Shown here: in pieces, positions 1-7,475 of the stretch
How the letters are laid out: each line of letters opens with the position of its first letter
Numbering within the stretch: the stretch's first letter is position 1
Assembly (NCBI RefSeq): GCF_000018105.1
Contig: NC_009925.1
Span: 1,800,001 to 1,832,000, forward strand
Direction: 5' to 3'
Source: Acaryochloris marina MBIC11017
Lineage (GTDB): Bacteria > Cyanobacteriota > Cyanobacteriia > Thermosynechococcales > Thermosynechococcaceae
DNA length: 32,000 bases
The notes under the pieces: generated by a model
The model's database searches: none
Told to the model about the DNA's origin: nothing
The model's input: only the letters and a program-made list of their open reading frames with translations
Program-made: the position numbers and the translations under genes

Positions 1-338
1 GCACCATTAATCGTGATCCCTAGCCCTGGAATTTTTGTGGCAAAAATCAACATCAAAAACAGAAAGAATCCAAACGCGGAAACTTTCATGAGTTTGTATA
101 AGGGAATGTGGATCACCGCACAAAAACCCAACAGTCCCAAAATCACCCCTAATAGCTGGCGTTTGGAATAGTAGAGACCATCCCCAGATTCAATCGCCCC
201 CGCATGGTAGGACGCTGAGAATAGAACGACAAGGCCAATGCCTAACCAAAAGAGGGTTAGCCAATGAAGGAATCGGGCTTCAGCAGCCCATTCTTCTGTT
301 GAATAGGGAAGGGAGGGAATGAGGCGACGTATCTTCAC
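1..338 (-). CDS. ftsW: SEDS-family cell-division/elongation protein, N-terminal part (FtsW-like). The gene continues beyond the left edge.
   Basis: Not in the ORF track because it runs off the window. My minus-strand translation from GTG at 338 (in-frame TAA just upstream) reads VKIRRLIPSLPYSTEEWAAEARFLHWLTLFWLGIGLVVLFSASYHAGAIESGDGLYYSKRQLLGVILGLLGFCAVIHIPLYKLMKVSAFGFFLFLMLIFATKIPGLGITINGA... The blocks EAR-L-WLT-FWL, LFSASY, GDGLYY-KRQL and IPGLG..NGA match the N-terminus of cyanobacterial FtsW/RodA proteins as I remember them. Confidence 0.65.
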   Translation of the reverse strand, partial: MKIRRLIPSLPYSTEEWAAEARFLHWLTLFWLGIGLVVLFSASYHAGAIESGDGLYYSKRQLLGVILGLLGFCAVIHIPLYKLMKVSAFGFFLFLMLIFATKIPGLGITING

Positions 339-447
339 AACCAGTAATTCCCAGCGTTAAGTCGAGGCCAGTATAGCAGACCCATCTAGGAATTGAAGGG
401 GGTTAATGAGCAACCCCTCACATCAGCGATTGGTGATCAATTTTTAA

Positions 448-939
448 TTACTGTTCAGGCAAAGCTTCCGTTTGAGGATGATCTAAGGATATAGAGAGAA
501 CATCTACTTCTTGGTTGAGCACCATGGTCGTACTGGAGTTACTGGCGAACCCGATATGCTCATAAAAACGCTGTTGGTGAGTGGTGGTTAAGTAAATGCG
601 TTCAACACGGTTCATCCGTGGATGAGCTAGTAGGGTCTGAACAAGCTGTCGCCCAAGCCCTTGGCCGCGATAGTCAGGATGAATAACCACATCCCATATC
701 ATGGCGCGATAAATACCATCTGATGTGGCTCGTGCGAACCCAATCAATTCTTCACGATCCCACACACTGATAATGGGGTAACTATTTGCGATCGCAACTC
801 CCCAATCTTCTAGGCGGCGCTCACCAGCCCAAAAGGCCCCTACCTGAAACAGCCGCTGTAATTTTCGCAATACGGTAGCGTTGACCGGCTGGTCCGCCTC
901 GGTTAAGCCGTCTCGGAACTGAATATGTCGATTATCCAT
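448..939 (-). CDS. GNAT-family N-acetyltransferase
   Basis: 163-aa ORF. GNAT motif A region VIHPDYRGQGLGRQLV (R/Q-x-x-G-x-G/A acetyl-CoA site) is followed by YLTTTHQQRFYEHIGF. Confidence 0.85.
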   Translation of the reverse strand: MDNRHIQFRDGLTEADQPVNATVLRKLQRLFQVGAFWAGERRLEDWGVAIANSYPIISVWDREELIGFARATSDGIYRAMIWDVVIHPDYRGQGLGRQLVQTLLAHPRMNRVERIYLTTTHQQRFYEHIGFASNSSTTMVLNQEVDVLSISLDHPQTEALPEQ

Positions 940-1083
940 AGCGATGATTATGTCTTAGAAATCTGAGAATCACAATGGCGGTCATTTCCCTTGTTTAGAC
1001 GTAAAAGAGTTCATCTAAGGGGCGGATAATAATTAAATACGCTACAGTGTATAAGCAATACTTAACAAAAGTACACCGATTTT

Positions 1084-1099
1084 TGTACTTCTTGATACA
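1084..1099. promoter_or_regulatory. Second TGTA-N8-TACA palindrome (NtcA/CRP-family-like box) overlapping a TACAAT hexamer
   Basis: TGTActtcttgaTACA at 1084-1099 in the GNAT/small-ORF intergenic region. No TAN3T hexamer lies 22 nt away in either direction. TACAAT at 1096-1101 overlaps the right half-site. Confidence 0.3.
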
Positions 1100-1196
1100 A
1101 TAGCCTCATGTCGTAACGCTTCATTGCAAGATTCAAAGGTTGTTAAGGCAGAATGGTAGGTTCGTTTTATGTCCTTTGAGTGATTGTTTGTTTGGT

Positions 1197-1415
1197 ATGG
1201 AGACCCCTGTGCAACTCAATTCACAGCCCCTTTCAAAAAACTCTAATCGAAGAGAAGACTTAAGCGAATATGTAGCTCATCTGCAGCTCCATATGACCTT
1301 GCAAGCTCGGAATCTAGTTCCCACCTTGACTCGTCCTGAAGATAGCCGCGAGGAAATGCTTCAAGAGACCCAGGCAACCTTTGAAAAACATGTCTCTCGC
1401 CAAAGTGTTCAATAA
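1197..1415 (+). CDS. Small hypothetical protein (72 aa) with no recognisable domain
   Basis: First ATG (METPVQLNSQ...) inside the 1140 TTG-start ORF. An intrinsic terminator lies about 60 nt downstream of the stop. No motif recognised. Confidence 0.45.
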   Translation: METPVQLNSQPLSKNSNRREDLSEYVAHLQLHMTLQARNLVPTLTRPEDSREEMLQETQATFEKHVSRQSVQ

Positions 1416-1473
1416 AACGATTGACCGCTTAACGTTATAAAATACAAAATTTAATATTTCAACCAACTAAAAG

Positions 1474-1499
1474 GAGTGTTTCTTAACACTCTTTTTTTG
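1474..1499 (+). terminator. Rho-independent terminator of the small + strand ORF
   Basis: Stem GAGTGTT (1474-1480) / AACACTC (1485-1491), loop TCTT, followed by TTTTTTT. Confidence 0.7.
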
Positions 1500-1508
1500 T
1501 TGAGCTTA

Positions 1509-1537
1509 ACAAAAACCGCCCTCCATAGAGGGCGGTT
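1509..1537 (-). terminator. Rho-independent terminator of the porin gene
   Basis: Perfect 10-bp stem AACCGCCCTC (1514-1523) / GAGGGCGGTT (1528-1537), loop CATA. On the minus strand it is followed by TTTTTG. It lies 36 nt after the porin stop. Confidence 0.8.
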
Positions 1538-1572
1538 ATGGCAAGTGAGGGAAAAACTAAAACATAAATCCG

Positions 1573-3390
1573 TTAGAAGGAGAACGTGGCCCGAACTAAT
1601 CCCTGAATGATGTCATTGGGATTGCCGTTACTGACATTGAAAGGATTCGTAATCAGCATGACAGTCGGTGTGATCGTAATGTTCTCATTCACGGGGAACC
1701 GATAAAACGCCTCAAAGTTAGTTTGGGCAGAATAATTAGGATCCGTAGTGCTGACAATAAACGGCTGACCGGCTGCTACCGCAAGCAGAGACCCTGGCAC
1801 GAGTAAGTCATTAACACCTACACCGGCCATCCAGGTTTGAATGCTGCTGTTATTACCAACAGGTAGAACATTTTGGAATAGGTCATTGTTAACCCCACCA
1901 AAGGTAAGTTGAGGATCAATGGAAATTCCATAGCGACCAAAAATGCCAAATTGTCCCAGGGTCAACTCAACGTTGGCACCAATGATATTTTGGTTAACGT
2001 TATAGGTTTCAGCATGGGTAAACTGAGCCCGAATCGCAAAGTTATTTTGGTCATCTTCACCAAAGTCACTGGAATATTCAATCTCTGCCGAAGCTTGGAA
2101 AGGATCTCCAAATAAACCACCCTCACAGGTATTGAGAGGATCAGCACAGGCATTGACACCATTACCCGCTGCAATTCCGGCATCTGCGGCAATAAACAGA
2201 CCTCGAACGCTAAGGGGGCCACCATTGACATTCCAGTCAAATGCAGCACCGGCGCCGCCAGGGCCGTCAATGGCTTCAGAAATAATCAACGGGTTATTAA
2301 TGAAGAAACCAGAACTGAAATCAGCTGCTTCATCATTGGCGTAGCTGTTGCCATCAATAAAGGCACTGGGATAAATCAAGGGACCAACCGTTACCGCTAG
2401 GTTTTCGACGGGCTTGAAGGTATATCCCAAGTTATATAAAGTAACGCCAGGACCAGAACCGGTATAGTCCACCACACCAGGATCGCCTAAGGTTGTGGCG
2501 GTTCCGGCACCAACAACGGGAGGAACGGGGAAGAAATTAGCGGGACCCGCGACCCCTGCAGATGAGAAGAAGTCAGAACCGCCGTTGCCCGTTTCTAAGG
2601 TCAAATCGAGAACATCATCGCCATTAAAACTGGTAAGGAATGACATCCGTACGCGAGAGATTGCACTGACTCGAGAATCCCCAGGATCAACGTTGGCAAT
2701 ACCAGGCACACCTGTATCTACAGCAGCAACGCCTGTTGCTGCGGCATTAGGAGTCGGAATATTATCTCCAGGATTATCTACAAAATCTCCAAACTGAGCT
2801 GCCATGACAACTTGTGCTTGGAGTTTGGTTGTTGTTGAGAACTGTTGGGCTTCTACAGTGGCAACCCGGGCTTCTAAGCCATCCACTCGTCCGCGTAAGG
2901 TCGCTAGTTCAGCAGCGAACTCATCCTGCAGGGCTTTGAGAGCGTCAAGATCTTCTTTAGTCGCAAATCTATTGCTGAGGTTATCCAAACAAGCATTCAC
3001 TAAAGCAGCAGCTTCCCGCCGAGACATGGCTCGACTGGGGCGGAAGGTCCCGTTAGGGTAACCTGCCACACAACCATAACGTTCGACTAAAGACTGAATT
3101 GCCTGGAAAGCCCAGTCATCAGGCTGTACATCGGAGAGTTGAGATACTGAGGTGACCTGACCGACAGAATCAGCTTCCGTTTCAGCCATAAGATCTGAGA
3201 CAGCTGGCGTATTATCAGCGACTAATAATGGTTGTTGCTGGCTTACCAGGCTACTGGCAGGAACATCGACAGCAGAGGCTTCTAAATTCTCCGAAGTTTC
3301 GGAAGATGAAGTACTTGCACTTGCCACGCCAGTCACTAATAATGCACTTGATAAGCCAATGACACTGGCCATCAATCGAATATTTTGCAT
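1573..3390 (-). CDS. Outer-membrane porin with N-terminal SLH domain, coiled-coil linker and OprB-like beta-barrel (cyanobacterial SomA/SomB-type)
   Basis: Signal peptide MQNIRLMASVIGLSSALLVTGVASA. SLH motif DVQPDDWAFQAIQSLVERYGCVAGYPNGTFRPSRAMSRREAAALV. Coiled coil LQDEFAAELATLRGRVDGLEARVATVEAQQF. Gly/Asn/Phe-rich barrel ending in the aromatic terminus RATFSF. GAGGA lies 6 nt before ATG 3390, so I prefer 3390 over the track start at 3408. Confidence 0.9.
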   Translation of the reverse strand: MQNIRLMASVIGLSSALLVTGVASASTSSSETSENLEASAVDVPASSLVSQQQPLLVADNTPAVSDLMAETEADSVGQVTSVSQLSDVQPDDWAFQAIQSLVERYGCVAGYPNGTFRPSRAMSRREAAALVNACLDNLSNRFATKEDLDALKALQDEFAAELATLRGRVDGLEARVATVEAQQFSTTTKLQAQVVMAAQFGDFVDNPGDNIPTPNAAATGVAAVDTGVPGIANVDPGDSRVSAISRVRMSFLTSFNGDDVLDLTLETGNGGSDFFSSAGVAGPANFFPVPPVVGAGTATTLGDPGVVDYTGSGPGVTLYNLGYTFKPVENLAVTVGPLIYPSAFIDGNSYANDEAADFSSGFFINNPLIISEAIDGPGGAGAAFDWNVNGGPLSVRGLFIAADAGIAAGNGVNACADPLNTCEGGLFGDPFQASAEIEYSSDFGEDDQNNFAIRAQFTHAETYNVNQNIIGANVELTLGQFGIFGRYGISIDPQLTFGGVNNDLFQNVLPVGNNSSIQTWMAGVGVNDLLVPGSLLAVAAGQPFIVSTTDPNYSAQTNFEAFYRFPVNENITITPTVMLITNPFNVSNGNPNDIIQGLVRATFSF

Positions 3391-3468
3391 ATAAATCCTC
3401 ACACACATATTGTTGAAATAAAGTCGGGCTATTCCAGCAAAGCTGGAAATCCACCCTAAACAGTATCA

Positions 3469-3487
3469 GATAATGATAATCATTATC
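3469..3487. promoter_or_regulatory. Fur box (19/19 match to GATAATGATAATCATTATC) in the porin promoter region
   Basis: The sequence reads cagtatcaGATAATGATAATCATTATCaaatt. It lies about 80 nt upstream of the porin ATG (3390) and downstream of the 2Fe-2S gene stop (3536). Confidence 0.75.
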
Positions 3488-3491
3488 AAAT

Positions 3492-3511
3492 TTTCTTCAC
3501 TTGAGAAGAAA
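3492..3511 (-). terminator. Possible weak terminator hairpin after the 2Fe-2S gene
   Basis: Stem TTTCTTC (3492-3498) / GAAGAAA (3505-3511) with a 6-nt loop. On the minus strand only a short T-containing tail (ATTT) follows. Confidence 0.3.
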
Positions 3512-3535
3512 CTTAACCACATTCACCCATATACT

Positions 3536-4096
3536 TCAAAAATGCTGCTGAAGGATGTGGGTGATGTTCTTGGGCTTAACCCTGGTGTAGCGAGTCTTAT
3601 CTGGTAAGACAACCAGATTGGGTCCAGCCTTACATTTGCCCACACAACCCATGGGCTGTAATTGGATCTCTTTATCCCGACCTGATGTTTGCAAAGCCGT
3701 ATTCAAGGCGGTTAAAACTTTTCGGCTGCCGCGTTTACGACAACTCGATTTCTGACAAATCCTAATTTTGCCTTTCTGCACATTACCAATAGCATGAGGA
3801 CTTGGCTCAATATCGTCGCTGGAAGAACTACCGGGCAGAGCAGGCATGATTGATTTAGCTTTCAGTTTGACCTTGCCCGTTTTGGTATTGACTTTCTGAC
3901 AACCCTGAATTTGGATCCATGTTCCAGGTTGCAGGATGTCAGCACAGGCTGGCCGTAGGGCTTTAGATAGCTTGATATATTGCTCTCCTCGGGAGGTCGC
4001 CAATCGAATACCTTTAACGTTACATCCCTTAGACAAAACATAAGTTAGAAATCGACCACTAAGGGTGAAATCAGTTTTCTTTGTATGCTTACCCAT
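3536..4096 (-). CDS. Thioredoxin-like [2Fe-2S] ferredoxin domain protein with a cyanobacterial N-terminal extension
   Basis: The C-terminal half has the four Cys of thioredoxin-like 2Fe-2S ferredoxins: ICQKSSCRKRG ... GCVGKCKAGPNLVVLP. Start taken at ATG 4096 (MGKHTKK); the track ORF begins at a TTG at 4141. Confidence 0.75.
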   Translation of the reverse strand: MGKHTKKTDFTLSGRFLTYVLSKGCNVKGIRLATSRGEQYIKLSKALRPACADILQPGTWIQIQGCQKVNTKTGKVKLKAKSIMPALPGSSSSDDIEPSPHAIGNVQKGKIRICQKSSCRKRGSRKVLTALNTALQTSGRDKEIQLQPMGCVGKCKAGPNLVVLPDKTRYTRVKPKNITHILQQHF

Positions 4097-4145
4097 GAAA
4101 TTTAATTTGAACTGCGTATTTCTAATAAAGCTGCCAATCAATCCC

Positions 4146-4635
4146 CTACAGACGGTGCTGCTCTTGCAAAGACTTCCATAGATAATCAGGGATATCTGGA
4201 GATGGGCAAGTCATCATGGCAATATTGGACAACTCACTTTTGCAATAGTGAAGCCCTACTTTTGCACTACCATCCAGAACGCTTTGGTATGGACTCTGGG
4301 CTGTGTTGGCCCTACCAATAAAGAAGTCGATCCACCCCTCCTGTTCTTGTCGAATACAGGGTAGTACTTTTGTGGTAGACCGTTTGTTCTTTTCAACTCC
4401 AGCACTGTTCCAGCCATTCCACCAATTCTGTCCTCGAAGCAACAAATTGCTGGAGGACACTGTAAGCTTGAGCGGCTTCCAAATCATTATTTATCTCCAC
4501 TCGCAACTGCCCATCTGAAGAACACCATGCCTTGAGAGAAAGCTCTTGTAACCGCCGTTGGACTTGCCGATGGTCCCCAGGGCACACTCTCACAATGAGT
4601 GATTCAATCGTGGACTGATATCCAGATGGGCGCAT
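4146..4635 (-). other. Two further same-strand ORFs in the two other frames (B 4393-4635/4722, C 4146-4487). Either small overlapping genes or the 3' part of a frameshifted gene.
   Basis: B: GGAGG lies 6 nt before ATG 4635. C: GGAG lies 7 nt before ATG 4487. B overlaps A by 46 nt and C overlaps B by 95 nt. No start codon for C exists downstream of the B stop. Confidence 0.25.
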
Positions 4636-5174
4636 CCATAACCTCCAAACGGTCTGATAGCGGAGTAACGAACTTGAAACAAACGATCCCCTCTTAGCAA
4701 AACAGTCACGTCTAAGTGACACGACCTAACAACTGCCATCCATCTAATAGATCGATCAGACAGAAAACTTTTGTGAGTGGTTAACGCCACACTCTCAGAT
4801 AGATTGCGAGCGGCGGACAGATCAAAATCAGCGGCTAGGACAGCTTGAGATCGCAACCTCAATCCCCTCTGCATCAAGCGCTCCGTAAACCGATCGCCAA
4901 TAGACAACTGAGTTAGGCGTCTCAAGTGAGCTAGAACAATCACTGTAAATGCGGGTAAACAGTCCCGAACTGAGGGCAGAATGCCTTCCAAAGCTAGCTT
5001 TTGCTGTTTAAGATCAGCGTCTGTGCCAACAGGGCAGGTCATACAGCGTTCAGAAGAGATCAATAGAGCACCTTCTTCCCCCGTAACAACCACCACCAGT
5101 TTGGCATCCTGTAAATGGGTCAGACTTGATCCCTCTCTTTCGCTTTGTCGGCTCACAATTGGCAACACTGACAT
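4590..5174 (-). CDS. Hypothetical protein (frame A of a three-frame ORF cluster); family not recognised
   Basis: The frame is open for 615 nt (TTG 5204 / ATG 5174 to TGA 4590). The other five frames over 4740-5204 are full of stops in my translation. Composition is rich in Arg/Leu/Ser and poor in Lys/Asn/Tyr, so coding status is uncertain. Confidence 0.4.
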   Translation of the reverse strand: MSVLPIVSRQSEREGSSLTHLQDAKLVVVVTGEEGALLISSERCMTCPVGTDADLKQQKLALEGILPSVRDCLPAFTVIVLAHLRRLTQLSIGDRFTERLMQRGLRLRSQAVLAADFDLSAARNLSESVALTTHKSFLSDRSIRWMAVVRSCHLDVTVLLRGDRLFQVRYSAIRPFGGYGCAHLDISPRLNHSL

Positions 5175-5209
5175 ACTGAATCTTTGTTCAGGTGGGGCAA
5201 TCAATTGAA

Positions 5210-5223
5210 AATTGATATCAATT
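5210..5223. promoter_or_regulatory. Perfect 14-bp palindrome AATTGATATCAATT immediately upstream of ORF A (candidate operator)
   Basis: Self-complementary 14-mer at the edge of the AT-rich 385-nt spacer 5205-5589. Only about 11/19 identity to a Fur box in the best register. Confidence 0.3.
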
Positions 5224-5589
5224 AATCCCTATCAGAAAATTAGCAGAGAATAAACTTTACTGCAACTTATTTGCAACAAAGTCGTCACCATACATGGCAA
5301 GGTAGTGCAAAATAGCTAGAAAAAAAGCAATCAGTCTGCTTAAAACCTTTGGCTAGAGAAGACCTAGTCTGCCCTTCCGTCATTTCAATCATCTATAACG
5401 TTTCATCCTAATTACATATTATTGATGAATATTCCTATAAGAAATAGTTGTACTATTTTGAAGCAAAATATGTTGTCTGGTAAAAAATTTCATTAACTAG
5501 CCCGCTCTCCAAGATTCAGTCTCACCCGATCTTCAGAACCGAAACGGAGTCAATCAATCTTTATTAGATGTGGAAAAATTGGATTCGGA

Positions 5590-6309
5590 TTAAGGGCTTA
5601 CGGGTGCGGGTAAACCAAAAGCCTGATCTTGGGTACTGAGCCGACCATCTTCCATATGAATCAGTCGATCAGCCACATCTAAAACCCGGTTGTCATGGGT
5701 GACCATGAGGATAGTACAGCCTTGCTGCTTAGCCAGACGTTGCATCAGCTCCACCACATCTCGCCCCGATTGCTTATCGAGGGAAGCCGTCGGCTCATCG
5801 GCCAAAACAATTTTGGGATGGCTCACGAGAGCACGTGCGATCGCAACCCGTTGCTTTTGCCCCCCCGATAATTCTTGGGGATAGTAATTGGCCCATTCTG
5901 CTAACCCAACTTCAGCCAACATATCGATGGATCGCTGATAAGCCACTTTCTTATCAATCTCAACATGCAAATCTAAGGCCATTTGCACATTCTGGCGGGC
6001 TGTCAGGGACTGGAGCAGATTATGAGCCTGAAAAATATAGCCAATATAGCGACGAACCTTGACCAACTCACGGGTGTTGGCCTCTCTCAGCTGTTGGTTA
6101 AAGACCTGCAAGCTGCCCGTTTGAGTTGATCGAAGCGCACCAATCAAAGTCAGCAGAGTTGTTTTGCCTGAGCCTGAAGGGCCAGACATAATCACAACTT
6201 CTCCAGGATAAATCTCGACATCAATATCAAACAGAACTTGCTTGCGCAGTCTACCCCTACCAAAAAAGTGGCTGACCTGATGAATAGCAATGACTGGAGA
6301 AACGCCCAT
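5590..6309 (-). CDS. devA: ABC exporter ATP-binding subunit, DevA family
   Basis: Walker A GPSGSGKTT, signature LSGGQKQRVAIARAL, Walker B IVLADEPTASLD, H-loop VTHD. Last gene of a devB-devC-devA order with 9-nt and 2-nt gaps. Confidence 0.9.
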   Translation of the reverse strand: MGVSPVIAIHQVSHFFGRGRLRKQVLFDIDVEIYPGEVVIMSGPSGSGKTTLLTLIGALRSTQTGSLQVFNQQLREANTRELVKVRRYIGYIFQAHNLLQSLTARQNVQMALDLHVEIDKKVAYQRSIDMLAEVGLAEWANYYPQELSGGQKQRVAIARALVSHPKIVLADEPTASLDKQSGRDVVELMQRLAKQQGCTILMVTHDNRVLDVADRLIHMEDGRLSTQDQAFGLPAPVSP

Positions 6310-6311
6310 AT

Positions 6312-7466
6312 CTAAAAAATATCCGCCGGATCAGCGGCTTGAACCCGGCGCATCGCAATGACTCCTGATATAACGCACATCATTAACGTCAACACAAATA
6401 CCGTCATCACTCGATCGACTGTCATAAACATGGGCAAAGAAGTACCGTCACGCACCAGCTTATAGAGCCCTAAGCAGAGAGCAAACCCCGGAATAAATCC
6501 TAATACGGCCAGAATAAACGCTTCTTGCAAGACAACGGAATAGAGAAATCGGCTTTTGTATCCCATGGCTTTCAAAGTGGCATACTCAGCCAAATGATCA
6601 GACACATCGGTATAAAGGATTTGGTACACAATCACCATGCCCACAATAAATCCCATCATGGTCCCTAGGGTAAAAATAAAGCCAATGGTGGTACTCGTTT
6701 CCCAATACTCTCGCTCAAAGCGGACAAACCCTTGTTTAGACAGCACTAGGACATCATCAGGCAACGTTTTTTTCAGAGTAGACATGACTGAACTGACATC
6801 TACTCCAGGCTCGACATTGATCAGACCGATATCAATTAACCCTAAGGTGCGCTCAGGAAATAGCCGCAGTAAATTGACATCGCTCGTAATCAAATTGCCA
6901 TCGGCGGAAAAAGAGGCACCTAATTGAAATAGCCCCTTAACGGTCACTTTCCGACCTGATACTTCTGTGGATACGATTTCCCCCTTTTTGAACTGTTCCG
7001 TAATAGGACCATATTCAGGTCGGGAATTTTCATCAAAGAGTACGACATCTGGCAATTTGATTTGGTTCAGATATTCTGCCACCCCGGGTAATGAAAAGAC
7101 GGCCTGATTAGGGTTAAAGCCGATAATCAGAATCTGGCGGGTCTTGCGAGTTTCAGGATTTCGCCAAAATCCGAAATCCAAGTAGAGGGGCGTCACCGAC
7201 TCAACCCCATCTACACCAGCCGCTTGATAGAGCCGCCGACGGCTAAAATTCTTAATAGCAAATAAGGTGGTGGTTTGAGGGTTGATCAAGACAATATCAG
7301 TCTTGAGATTGACGTGAAAGTTAACGGCAGCAGTAAACAGGGCTTCTTGAAAACCCAGCTGCATCATCATCAATATCACGGCAAACCCAATGCCTGCCAA
7401 CGCTACAAATAACCGTACTTTTTCTCGGGCTAGCTGTAACCATGCGAGGGGGATAGCCAGCAACAT
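6312..7466 (-). CDS. devC: ABC exporter permease, DevC family (FtsX-like)
   Basis: 384 aa. N-terminal TM helix, large periplasmic loop, C-terminal three-helix FtsX-type bundle. The start LAWLQLAREKVRLFVALAGIGFAV is typical of DevC. Confidence 0.88.
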   Translation of the reverse strand: MLLAIPLAWLQLAREKVRLFVALAGIGFAVILMMMQLGFQEALFTAAVNFHVNLKTDIVLINPQTTTLFAIKNFSRRRLYQAAGVDGVESVTPLYLDFGFWRNPETRKTRQILIIGFNPNQAVFSLPGVAEYLNQIKLPDVVLFDENSRPEYGPITEQFKKGEIVSTEVSGRKVTVKGLFQLGASFSADGNLITSDVNLLRLFPERTLGLIDIGLINVEPGVDVSSVMSTLKKTLPDDVLVLSKQGFVRFEREYWETSTTIGFIFTLGTMMGFIVGMVIVYQILYTDVSDHLAEYATLKAMGYKSRFLYSVVLQEAFILAVLGFIPGFALCLGLYKLVRDGTSLPMFMTVDRVMTVFVLTLMMCVISGVIAMRRVQAADPADIF

Positions 7467-7475
7467 TTTCGCCGC

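Noticed and set aside
1070-1089. AGTAC-N10-GTACT inverted repeat (also GTA-N12-TAC), considered as a LexA or NtcA site.
   Set aside because: The spacing fits neither the cyanobacterial LexA box (GTAC-N4-GTWC type) nor NtcA (N8). The adjacent 1084-1099 box is the better candidate.
1140-1196. TTG-start 5' extension of the small ORF (MLRQNGRFVLCPLSDCLFG...).
   Set aside because: The first ATG at 1197 gives a more conventional start and the extension has no support. Even the shorter ORF is only moderately supported.
1909-3061. Series of + strand ORFs (1909-2115, 2132-2344, 2495-2797, 2804-3061) and minus-strand ORF 1962-2270 within the porin gene.
   Set aside because: All lie inside the well-supported porin CDS. 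The peptides are low-complexity (Pro/Ala/Ser/Thr-rich) and show no motifs, which is typical of shadow frames.
4135-4151. Imperfect direct repeat CAATCAATCCCCTACAG (4135-4151) versus CAATTAATCCCTATCAG (5219-5235) flanking the three-frame ORF cluster. I considered these as target-site duplication or att-like ends of an inserted element.
   Set aside because: No transposase, integrase or terminal inverted repeats lie between them, and the repeats are short and imperfect. I cannot separate this from chance without comparing empty sites in related genomes.
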